Shown: positions 1-11,300 of the stretch, piece by piece | How the letters are laid out: the number at the start of each line of letters is the position of its first letter | Position numbering within the stretch: position 1 is the first letter of the stretch | Assembly (NCBI GenBank): GCA_046563655.1 | Contig: CM102289.1 | Location: forward strand, 6,820,001 to 6,884,000 | DNA: 64,000 bases | Direction of reading: 5' to 3' | DNA from: Yuukianura sp. NJ FZ-2021 | Taxonomy: Eukaryota | Made by a program: the position numbers and the translations under genes | Notes under the pieces: generated by a model | The model's input: only the letters and a program-made list of their open reading frames with translations | What the model was told of the DNA's origin: nothing | The model's database searches: none

Positions 1-834
1 GGAGTTTCAACCAAATTGGATACACAGTCTGCTTTTAGTTTAATTCGACGGAAGAAAGAAAAGTTTTGGAGGCTATACTTAATGGATTGGCCAATTACTT
101 TTTTACTCAAAAACTGAAAACGAGAAGGCAGTTAAAAGTCCGGATTTTTGGCAAAAGAGAAGTTCAAATTTCAACTGTTCATGGAATACCTAAAATTTCT
201 TCTTGATGAAATCTAGCTAAAATTATTTTATATTTATTAGCTATAAATATAAAAATTTTATATTTATATGACTATTTGAAAATTGCTTAAGAGGTCTTAA
301 GGAAGACTTTTCCTAAGTAATTTTTTGTCATACAGATGAAATTCTTATTGGTAAGATTTATTCCAACAGAATAAGTTAATGCGAAAATGCGGTAACATTA
401 TTTTCTAAAATGTGGACACTTTAAAATCCTCCGCCTCTAGAAAGCTTAGAATTCAAAATTTGGGTTATTGCTGTCATGCTGTCATAAACAAATATTGACT
501 TCCAAAATATTTCAAAAATTCTATTGGGTTTAGAAACAGATTTATAGCGGGACTGGTTGGTAGCAGAACATTTTTGAAGAAAAATGAACTGAAAATTTTA
601 AAGAAAAGTTTGATTTTGCGCTGTTTTTATTTCAAAATATTAAGCGTCAAGAATTTCTGTAGTAGAAATCACAAGATGTATCTACATTTAAAAATGGCGT
701 ATTTTCTACATTTGGAAATTGTGTATTTATTGACAATCAAAGTTCAAAAAATATTGGAAATCAAAATAGGGTAAAAAGAATTAGAACCACGATTTTTAAG
801 AAAAATAAAAAGAATGTTACTTAAAATAAAAATT

Positions 835-2310
835 TTAAGAAGATTCTTCCAGAAGGCTCACGAGAGACTTGAGAGCATTGACTCTGCCATGACCAAATGC
901 ATTATTTGGCCAAGTATCTTCCGAGACACCTCCACAGTGTTTACCTGGTTTAGTCAAGTCACGGTCAATCGCTTGGTATAGATGTCTCTTGACATCTTCA
1001 ATGGAGATCTCTTTGTCACGACTTTTGAGCAGAGCAACCACTCCAGCCGCATGAGGACTAGCCATTGACGTTCCAGACATTGTAGCATAAGCTTTATCAC
1101 TGGAATGATAGGATGACCGAACGGAGGAACCAGGGGCGGACACATCCGGTTTGATGTCGCCGTAAACGCTTGGGCCGACACTGCTGAAGGAAGAAAGTGC
1201 GTCGGTATTGGTTGTGGAACCGACTCCAATGACTCCTGGGTGATCCGCTGGAGAACCGGCAGAACCGCATCGGGGTCCGGAGTTACCGTTGGAAAAAAGT
1301 GTTACGATTCCTCCTGCGATCCAGGCATCAATCATGTCATGGTAAACTTCACGTCCTTGACCGCCTCCCCAACTGTTGCTAACGAGATGCGGAGCTTTGC
1401 TGCAATCTGGTTTGCTTTCATCCGGAAGCGTTGGGCACAGAATGAATTGACCGCAGTGCAGAAGAGCGTCTTGGGCACAGGAGGAAGTTGCACAGCCTTT
1501 GCAAGCCATCCAAGTTGCACCAGGAGCAACTCCAATTCCACCTAAAATGTCAAAGGTCATATGAGTGGTGGGAGATCATTCAGGTTTAGGTGATCGCAGA
1601 AGTCATTAAAACTTAATTTATATACCTTGTCCAGCAATAGTTCCGGTCGTGTGGGTTCCATGTCCATTCTGGTCATTTGGCTCAGCCGTGAATTTGTGCG
1701 GGTCAAACCATCCGTATTCTCCGAGAAAGTTGCTGCGAAGTGCTTCATGTGTATACCTCACTCCAGTGTCAACCGTAGCGACTACAACGCCCTCTCCATT
1801 GTTTCCACCATCCAATCCCCAAGCTTCCGGTGCCTGAATGATACTCACACCCCATTCCTCTGCTTGTGGCTTATCCCCAAAAATTTCAGAAGACTCGACT
1901 ACTGGCATCATTATTTCGGTGAATTCCTGTTCGTGAATAGCCGAAACCGATGGGATCTGCGCAAGTCGCTGGACCAGCTCAAGTGTCGCTTCCTTAATAA
2001 AAACTTGATTTGAAATCCAGAAGCTTCGAACAGACAAGTCAGGAAAGTCAGCCAGGACGTTGAAAACAGGCTGTTGGACTGCTTGAGCATGGTTCTGCAG
2101 GCTGTGGGTCAATGTGGTCAGCTTTTGGCCTCGGTTGGCAAATGTCAAGTCCTTGAATGACCTCAGGACTCCCGCTGTTCCTTCCTTCATGGACACGAAT
2201 ACATTGGCTTTCCCTTGGTCCAGCAGGACTTTGTTTAGAGAGTGGTCAATCTTGGAGGCTGCAGCAGTCGTCAGTAGAACGAGAATACAAAGTTTTACGC
2301 AGTTGTTCAT
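835..2310 (-). CDS. Secreted subtilisin-like serine protease (S8, bacillopeptidase F-like), copy 1; 2 exons (2310-1626, 1541-835), 463 aa
   Basis: Signal peptide MNNCVKLCILVLLTTAAA, then a prodomain. Catalytic motifs VATVDTG (Asp), GHGTH (His), SNGNSG (oxyanion Asn) and GTSMASPH (Ser). An 84-nt GT-AG intron (1625-1542) joins ORFs 1618..2310 and 835..1560 in frame (GQG/GIGVAPGA). Confidence 0.95.
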
Positions 2311-2458
2311 GTTTGAACAATTGTTGGAAAATTGCTTTTGAAAAAGTCTGTTTTGAGTTTTGAAGAGTTAGTTGAAGTTTAGATTGTTTGAAATGTTTTG
2401 GTTTGAGTTTGTAGTTGGTGTGTTTGGTTTGCAGTAGTTGTAGAGAAGTAGCTGATGA

Positions 2459-2497
2459 AACTGATGATTTGATCTCGAAATTTTGAAAGTATTTATA
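2459..2497 (-). promoter_or_regulatory. Core promoter of subtilase copy 1 (TATA plus initiator)
   Basis: tatttata at 2490-2497 and aactga at 2459-2464 are the reverse complement of the copy 2 promoter. Confidence 0.65.
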
Positions 2498-3094
2498 CGG
2501 TTTTAGTTTCTCAGATACAAGTGAACAAACTAAATGTTAGTTTGTAAGCTAAATGCTAGTTAGTTAAATCGTAATTGTTTTGGGGAGTTTATTGGCATAA
2601 GTTCAACATGGTTTACAAAATATTTGCACAGTGGTATTGACCCTGCCATTGATTTGAACTCGTCACACGAAAAGTAAATTTGACCTGAGATCACAACAAA
2701 CTCAAATTCCAGTCATGCAAGTTAGGTTGTTAAACCTAAACCAAACTTGTGACGTTTGAACTCTTTATCGTAAATGTACACAGACAAAATTAATCACAAC
2801 TAAAACTTAATCAAAAGTTAAACTCAAGTTTATCATTAAAAGTTTAATCAGACACTTCGGTAATCACAGCATAAAAACATAATAGCACTTTTTAGTTAGT
2901 CACAGAGCGGTGACCCAGGAAGAAACATTGAAAAATAAACAAAACGGAGAAATTTTGAACTTTTAGTTGAAAAAGTTCAAAAATGTCTCCAATATTTTGC
3001 AAACTATGTTGAACCTATGCCAATAAACTCCCCAAAACAATTACGATTTAACTAACATTTAGTTTGTTAACTTCCATCTGACAAACTAAAATCG

Positions 3095-3133
3095 TATAAA
3101 TACTTTCCAAATTTGAAGACCAAATCATCAGTT
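3095..3133 (+). promoter_or_regulatory. Core promoter of subtilase copy 2: TATAAATA (3095-3102) and initiator-like TCATCAGTT
   Basis: A TATA box lies ~30-35 nt upstream of an arthropod-type TCAGTT initiator, followed by a CAA-rich 5' UTR. The arrangement is mirrored in the other arm. Confidence 0.65.
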
Positions 3134-3295
3134 TCATCAACTACTTCTTTACAACTACTGCAAACCAAACACACCAACTACAAACTCAAACCAAAACATT
3201 TCAAACAAGTATTCTAACAATCTAAACTTCAACCAACTCTTCAATCTACTCAAAACACAATTTTTCAAAAGCAATTTTCAAACAATTGTTCAAAG

Positions 3296-4771
3296 ATGAA
3301 CAACTTCGCAAAACTTTGTATTCTCGTTCTACTGACGACTGCTGCAGCCTCCAAAATTGACCTCTCTCTAAACAAAGTCCTGCTGGACCAAGGGAAAGCC
3401 AATGTCTTCGTGTCCATGAAGGAAGGAACAGCAGGAGTCCTGAGGTCATTCAAGGACTTGACTTTTGCCAATCGAGGTCAAAAGCTGACCTCATTGACCC
3501 ACAGCCTGCAGAACCATGCTCAAGCAGTACAAGCGCCTGTTTTCAACGTCCTGGCTGACTTTCCTGATTTGTCTGTCCGAAGCTTCTGGATTTCAAATCA
3601 AGTTTTCATTAAGGAAGCGACACTTGAGCTGGTCCAGCGACTTGCGCAGATTCCATCGGTTTCGGCTATCCACGAACAGGAATTCACCGAAATAATGATG
3701 CCAGTAGTCGAATCTTCGGAAATTTTTGGGGATAAGCCACAGGCAGAGGAATGGGGTGTGAGTATCATTCAGGCACCGGAAGCTTGGGGATTGGACGGTG
3801 GAAACAATGGAGAGGGTGTTGTAGTCGCTACGGTTGACACTGGAGTGAGGTATACACATGAAGCACTTCGCAGCAACTTTCTCGGGGAATACGGATGGTT
3901 TGACCCGCACAAATTCACGGCTGAGCCAAATGACCAGAACGGACATGGAACTCACACGACCGGAACAATTGCTGGACAAGGTATACAAATTTCGTTTTAA
4001 TGACTTCTGGGATTACCTAAGTCTGAATGACCTTCCATCACTCATATGACCTTTGACATTTTAGGTGGAATTGGAGTTGCTCCTGGTGCAACTTGGATGG
4101 CTTGCAAAGGCTGTGCAACTTCCTCCTGTGCCCAAGACGCACTTCTTCACTGCGGTCAATTCATTCTGTGCCCCACGCTTCCTGATGAAAGCAAACCGGA
4201 TTGCACCAAAGCTCCGCATCTTGTCAGTAACAGTTGGGGAGGCGGTCAAGGACGTGAAGTTTACCATGACATGATTGACGCCTGGATCGCAGGAGGAATC
4301 GTAACACTTTTTTCCAACGGTAACTCCGGACCCCGATGCGGTTCTGCCGGTTCTCCAGCGGATCACCCAGGAGTCATTGGAGTCGGTTCGACAACCAATA
4401 CCGATGCACTTTCTTCCTTCAGCAGTGTCGGCCCAAGCGTGTACGGAGACATCAAACCGGATGTCTCCGCCCCTGGTTCCTCCGTTCGGTCATCCTATCA
4501 TTCCAGTGATACTGCTTATGCTACAATGTCTGGAACGTCAATGGCTAGCCCTCATGCCGCAGGAGTGGTTGCTCTGCTCAAAAGTCGTAACAAAGAGATC
4601 TCCATTGAAGATGTCAAGAGACATCTTTACCAGGCGATTGACCGTGACATGAAATCACCAGGTCAAAACTGTGGTGGTGTCTCGGAAAATACTTGGCCAA
4701 ATAATGCATTTGGTCATGGCAGAGTCAATGCTCTCAAGTCTCTCGTGAGCCTTCTGGAAGAATCTTCTTAA
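3296..4771 (+). CDS. Secreted subtilisin-like serine protease (S8, bacillopeptidase F-like), copy 2; 2 exons (3296-3980, 4065-4771), 463 aa
   Basis: Same motifs as copy 1. Intron 3981-4064 (caag|gtata...tttag|gt). About 14 aa differences from copy 1 by visual comparison of the translations. Confidence 0.95.
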
Positions 4772-7700
4772 AAGCTATATTTTAAGCAACATTCTTTTTA
4801 TTTTTCTTAAAAATCGTGGTTCTAATTATTTTTTAACCTATTTTGATTTCCAATATTTTTTGAATTTTGATTGTCAATAAATACACAATTTCCAAATGTA
4901 TCTGATTTTGTGATTTCTGTAAATGTACAGAAACTCTTCACGCTTTATATTTTGAAATGAAATGAAAGCAAAATCAATGTTTTCTTCAAAATTTTCAGTT
5001 CCTTTTTGTTCAAAAATGTTCAGCTACTAACCAGTTCCGCCATAAATCTGTTTCTAAAACCAATAAAATTTTTGAAATATTTTGAAAATCAATATTAGTT
5101 TATGACAACAATAACCCAAATTTTTAATTCTAAGCTTTGTAGAAGCGGAGGTTTTGAATGTGTTGACATTTTGCGAAATGATTTCTATTTGCTTTTGGTA
5201 TTTGGATTAAATTCTTCCTTTAAAACAACTTTGCATTGTTAAATGGTCGTTCGTTTATCATTCCTAAAAAGCTGTTTTTAGACTTGACAGGGAGGACGCG
5301 AACTGGCGGTTTTTCAAACAGACGTTGATTTTAGTTTTATTGTGATTAATGAATCGTTTCTTTTCAAAAAAACAGCGACTGATGCAAAAGTATGTCAAGA
5401 TTCATTGTTACTACGACGCAACCCTCTGCGGCTTTAGCTCAAAATGCCAAAAATTGTATTTTAAATTTCAAAAAAGGAAATGGAATTCTTTAAAAAATTT
5501 GCAATAAAATTCAAAGAAAAAGAAGCAGATAGTTGACTTTCACTGCTGCTCCATAGGATTCAACACCCGAAGCATTTTTTCTCCATTTTAGCATTTTATA
5601 TTTTGACATTAACTTAATTTTTTATACTTTTGAAATCCTATGGGACCGGCATGGAAGGATAAGATGACATCCATTTGAGACAAAGAGCTCCACACGGATG
5701 GTGTAGAAAAATGAATTATTTTCTTCAAAAACGAAGTTTAGCCTATGGATCTATCTAGTGAAAGTGGAATCATATGACAATGGGACGAGTCATTTGGTCT
5801 TCTGGATCGGAAGACATTTACATAATGTCTTTTTGCCTTAGCTTATTCCCTGCGTCTTTAGAACTCTTGACGGTGCAGCTCCAGTGAGCGCTCAAATTTT
5901 GAAAATTTTGAACAAAAAAAAGGCTCCAGGCGAGAAGACGGTGAAAGAATGGCCGAAACCATTTTGAAATTTCCTCTCTTTTTTCAAACTTTTAAAAGTT
6001 CTTGTTCTCACTTTTTAAGTCAAACGAAAAGTGAAAGTCAAAAAAAAGTAATTTAAATATTCTCATTACAGTCAAGTTGAAAAACGTTTGTTGCTTAGAA
6101 TTCATTGTCTTCAGGATTCTGTCTCATCCTGTCTAAAAACCTTCCAGACAAACTTTTTTTTTTTTAATTTTTGCAATTCCCGCTTCCAACATCTATTACG
6201 CCTTCACCAGCAACACTGTTGCCAGCGACGCGTAAAAATCTAAAATCGACGCGCGGCGTGAAAAAGTGAATGTGCTCGTATCTAAAGCCATTGAAGTTTG
6301 AGTTGAAAAAGTGAAAGTGAAGGATTTATTAGAAAGTATTATGATGATGGTTTCGAGTCCTCCAGGAAGAGATGGTTCACGTTCGCACGCCAAATTTCAA
6401 AATCAACTCACGTTTTGACAGAGTCGTTTCACTTTTCCCGAAAGTGAATTTCATCCAAAAACTTCAAAATGTATCCGGAAAAAGAGGATGGAAAATCGTA
6501 TTTTACAGTTAACACGTTAATAATAAATGATACTTAACACAAAAGTTATTTCCTTGACGGACAGACTTACGATTACGGAAAACCTAACATTACTTATGAA
6601 TGGAACTACATTTCAAACCGTAAACTACACAGGAAAGTTGTGTTATGCCCCCTGCTTCAACACATAAACTCACTGGTACTTTGGGAGTACATAGGGTGAA
6701 AACCGCGCAAAAAAAAACGTAAACATAATTTCCAAAACTCTCATTTTTCTCAAAATTCAAAAAATTATCTTTGTCTGGAATACGTAGAATGTAATTTGGA
6801 CTTTCTTTGAGTGTAGTATTCCTGTTCATCATTTTTTTAAAATCTTGTCATTTTTAAAATTGTCCAATTTCCAGAAAAAGTGTGACGTGAAAAAGCCTTT
6901 TAGACGTGAAGTAGTTAGTCTATTTTGTCGGAAAGTGAGAGGTAGATTTTAAGAGGCTTAATTATGTCAGACTTAAATCCCCGGTAACTAGTTCTGAGGA
7001 TCTTGAAATTGACCTCGGTTTCATCTTAAGCTTTTTTCTCTTACTTTCGGAGCGCAAAGGCAGCATCTGGTCGAGGCTTTTCCAGAACTATAGACACGAG
7101 GAGCTAAACTGTACTTTCGCTGGAAGTATTCGGTTCCAGGAATTCAGAAAATACTTGTTCGACGTATCGCTTCAATCCTGTCAAATCCTTTCCATCTACT
7201 AGAAACAATTATCATGTAAATCAATCAAGGCGAACGGACATGCTGTCACAAACATCCTAGTCCCAACAGGAGAAAGTCATTTCCAATAGCATCTTTGCTT
7301 GTGTAACCACTTTTTTGAAATTTCCGCTTCACTTCTTCCACTAGAGACTTCTTACGTAGTCGAATATTTTTTTCTCCGCACTGGCTTTGTCCGTCTACTT
7401 TTTATAGTCACTTTTACTTCAAGTGGGGGCAAAGCGCACAAGCAAGCTTTCAAACAAAAAACAGAACTTCCGTGAAAAACGCCAGATTCGAATCATTTAT
7501 TTCCTTTCTCGCATTCAAGTTTACCGAATCTTTTAAGTTCTGAGAAACACAAATTGGAAGCACAGTCGATGCTCATGCGCAAATTGGACTTTTTCAAAGT
7601 AATCTTTAAGATCTTTGGACAATGATGAAAGGAAAACAAGATTTGTTCCCTTCAGGTCTTGACGATGAAAGAAAACGAGGGCATTTTCAAATTCTCAAAA

Positions 7701-8022
7701 TAGCGAAAATTCTTTGGCTACCGTCAAATTACAACTGGACACGATAGGCTGGAGGCTGAAACTGAAGAGAAAGTCTGCTTTCTCCTTTGGGTTAAGTTAG
7801 ATTCTCCAGTTTACTCAGGGAATAAATCATGGTTCTCTGGTTTTAGTCCATTAAGGAAGAAGAAGGAACGAAGATGAGGATTGGAATGACAACTATTTAC
7901 TGGTTCATTCACTTACTTTCTCAAGTGGCAATATACAGAGACGGGCAGAGGTCGTAGAAACAGAGACGGGCATAAAGGTCATCAGCCAACACACTTCCAT
8001 CCAATCTTCAACTGTTTTCTCA

Positions 8023-8330
8023 TTTTGCCCATTTCTGATTTCGAGTGTTTTTATTTCCCCATTTCCACTTTTTCTCGATTCTGTTTTGCCCATTTCTGTT
8101 TTCTTTTTGTCTCTGATTTGCCCATTTCTGATTCCTTTTGGTTCCTATTTCACTCACTCTTACTTTTCTTGTTTTCGATTTCTGCTTGGTACGGCTCCTG
8201 TTTTACCCATTTCCGCCTAGTGTATATCTGTTTTGCCCATTTCTGCCTAACTCTGTTACTGTTTTGCCCATTTGTGATACCTAGACTTGTTTTTATTTTG
8301 CTCTTTTCTAAGTCTATTTTGCCCATTTGT
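8023..8330. repeat. Degenerate array of TTTTGCCCATTT(C/G) cores at ~31-nt spacing
   Basis: The core recurs at about 8023, 8055, 8084, 8117, 8201, 8231, 8262 and 8317, with T-rich linkers. Confidence 0.75.
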
Positions 8331-11300
8331 ACTTTGGTTCTAATAGCTAGAGTGAGAACGAGAGCAGGTGGAGTAAATGTTTCACAATGAACTTTCACAG
8401 GAAATGCAGAGTAAAAAGATCTTTTATTCTTTGTACCCGCTTCTGTTCTGTTCAAATTAAGATATGTTCCTTGTTTTAAAATTTTAGAAAATGCCAAGGC
8501 TTTTAGGATTAGTTTCAACTTTCTCTCTCGGTTTCCTTTGGCATACTGTTTGAAATTTTTGTAACTATGGAATCCTTTTAGGAAGCTCATTTAAAAACCA
8601 AGTAGACTTTTATGTAACAAATGAATTAAAGGAGTTCCTTTGAGTGGAAACTAATGCGTTTCCAGAATCCAGTTCCAAGAAGCCCAATTCTTCAAAGAAG
8701 TTCGGGGAAACAAGAATTTGCTTTCTTGAATTTCTTCAAATCTAACTCCTAACTCTGAGAATTAAACGAAAGTTTCAAAAATGTGCTTTGTGTTAATCAA
8801 GAAATGAACTAAAGTTTTTGAATATTCGAAAAAGGAAATGTAATATAGCCAAGACAAATAGAAATATTATGAGGTGGAGGCGGGAAACGTGGTCAAATAC
8901 AGATGAAATATAAGTCTCCGTCTCAAGTCCATAACTCATGCCAGTACGTTCTAATGTCTTGAACATTAACAAAATGGTGGCAGGCACCCAAAAAGAAAAC
9001 CTACATGAGTTACGAACCCATTAATTTTAAAAAGTAAAAAAGACGTCCAATTACCTTATGCTGCCAACTTACCTTATGTTTCTATGGTGGAATACTTGCT
9101 AACTAGAAAATGTGGTATTTGAGTTTGCGGGAAATGTGAAATATAAAACCTAGGTTTTTATAACCGTCACAGAATCGGAGTTATTCAGGAGCTTCTGTGC
9201 TCAGCTTATAATTTACTTCTGCTTCTCTAGCTCATTTCTCCACTCATTTCCATTTTGTTCATTAAAAACTAAAAACCATACAACACTACACATGAAATGA
9301 ACAAAGTGAAAATGCTGACATTAACGTCAAATCATCTTCCCACACAGTCGAGCACAAATGGATGGACAATGGGGTTAGCATAAGCATAACTTGCAACCCA
9401 TCAAATATGCGGCATAAGCCATATTGCCAGCGTTCTGTGAGATTACAAAGTGCACCACAAAATTTAATTAACGAAATTACAACAACAAAAAACAACGAAA
9501 AAAATCACCACGGGTGAATTTTTGCCTCAAAAATACAATTTAATTAATGCCCACTTTGGGAAAATGGAAACAAATCATACACTTTCAAAATATTTTTTTT
9601 TGAACAAAATCTCCCCTCATGCAGTAAACAAAATTTTGTTTCGCTGCGTGATTTAATTGGACATGACAATTTTTCCTTATTTTGAAATTTTTTAAAAAAA
9701 TTTCTGTAAAGGGAAGTCCTACCATTCGTTGTGCTATTTCGTTAAGCATGCCTTCCACATACTGAATGAAACTTTAGCGCTCAAACACAGCCAATTACTT
9801 TCGCCTTTTCTTTCCCTATTAGCCACTTTCTCTAGTTTCAAAGGATAAAAAGAAAATAAGCCGGGATTTATACAAGAACTTTCCAGAAAAAGGCTCTTAC
9901 TCCAAAAACACATCAAACAAATCCACCTCATTCCAGTGTACAGCACGAACGTAGGCCACTTTCTCTTTATTTTTTGTCTAGTATTTCAAAACCGAGCACA
10001 AAATACAAATTTTGAAATTTTCGCTCAAACGTTTTTACTCTGTCTCAAGCTGAAGGTTTTGAAAAATACAGAATTTGGAGATCGCCATTTTTGACGCTTT
10101 TATGCAATCAATGGTTTAATTAATTTTGTCAAAAATTTCTTCCAATTCACAAGTTCAATAAACAAAAGAAGTCGCTTTTGTTTTGGAAATAGGTGTAATC
10201 AGTTTGTAAAATAGGAAATAAATTTTGTTTGCGGTTTGGGCTCATTTTCTGAAGCTTGCGTTGAAGTTTTTCAAAATTAAAAGTTTGGTTTTGGTTGGAA
10301 AGAGGAGAAAATTGGAGTGAAATGAATAGAATATTGTTGGTGTCGAGGTTAGGTTTTTGCTCAAACTTTCTTCCAGATTTCAGACAAACTTTCTCCTTGT
10401 CTAAGGAACTGGAACGACTTGGAGTTGTGTAGTTAGTAGTTGCGTGGGTGATGGTTAGGTTAATAAAGAGTTCAAGTAATATTGCCAGTGAAAGTGCTAG
10501 AAGAGAAAGTTCTTGTTCAAGTGGAAGAATGGATAGGAAACTTTCCCTTCAGACTTTATTGTTTAATTTAGGAAATTGATTTTGAGCTAGAAGAAGTGAG
10601 TTTGGTTACCCAGTAGTGGGAGTTTGGCTGGTGGCTTTCAGAGGGACAATGGGATTGGAGAAAGTGCCCTTAGGTTTCCAGTGTACACAATAATAATAAG
10701 ACTGGTTATGTTTATTTACTTGGCGAATCTAATCACAACTTCGATTTTTTGCACTTTAGCGCCCTTTGTTGTAAGAGCACACACGTTGAACACAAAGGGA
10801 TTTCCAATGCGCAAATGCAGACTTTTCATGCCTTCACTTTCACTGATTAAAATTTTCACCTAACATAAGCCAAACCTTTTCGAAGTGAGTTTTAATGAAT
10901 TTCTTGTGTACTACAGTGTACAGGGTAAACTTATCTTTTAAAAAGTTTGTTCATTTTTGCTGAAAGTGTTATGTTTTCAAAATCTGAAACCTTTGACTCC
11001 CCAAATTTCAATTGTAAAAGTTTTCAAAAAATATCATGCCGCTACGTTTCAAAGGATTGTAAGGTTGAAATTTGAGCCTGCTTTTTAAATTCAAGAAACG
11101 TTGATTCTGGGGGAAAATTCTGAAATCTTTTTGAAACTAGTAAAAGGATCTTTGCTTTCTTGTCATACTTTCATTTTCCTTCACAAAATGCAAATCTTTT
11201 GAATCTGAAAGTGGATCAAATGGAGGAATTTCGTGGAGCTCAAATGAAAGTTCTTTGTGATGCCCATATCTGATTTACAGGAATCTGAATTTGGAGAAGG

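Larger units (their letters stand above)
400..5177. repeat. Large inverted duplication: arms ~400-2624 and ~2991-5177, with a ~365-bp unique spacer
   Basis: The CDS, intron, 5' UTR, promoter and ~430 bp of 3' flank are reverse complements. Example: cctccgcctctagaaagcttagaatt near 428 vs aattctaagctttgtagaagcggagg near 5126. Confidence 0.95.

Noticed and set aside
954..4652. Alternative-frame and antisense ORFs present in both subtilase copies
   Set aside because: They are shadows of the real CDS and recur only because the arms are near-identical. The same applies to antisense ORFs over the SLC22, ABCH and IR genes.
8023..8330. CRISPR-like repeat-spacer appearance
   Set aside because: The cores are only ~12 nt and degenerate, the linkers are low-complexity, there are no cas genes and the context is eukaryotic.
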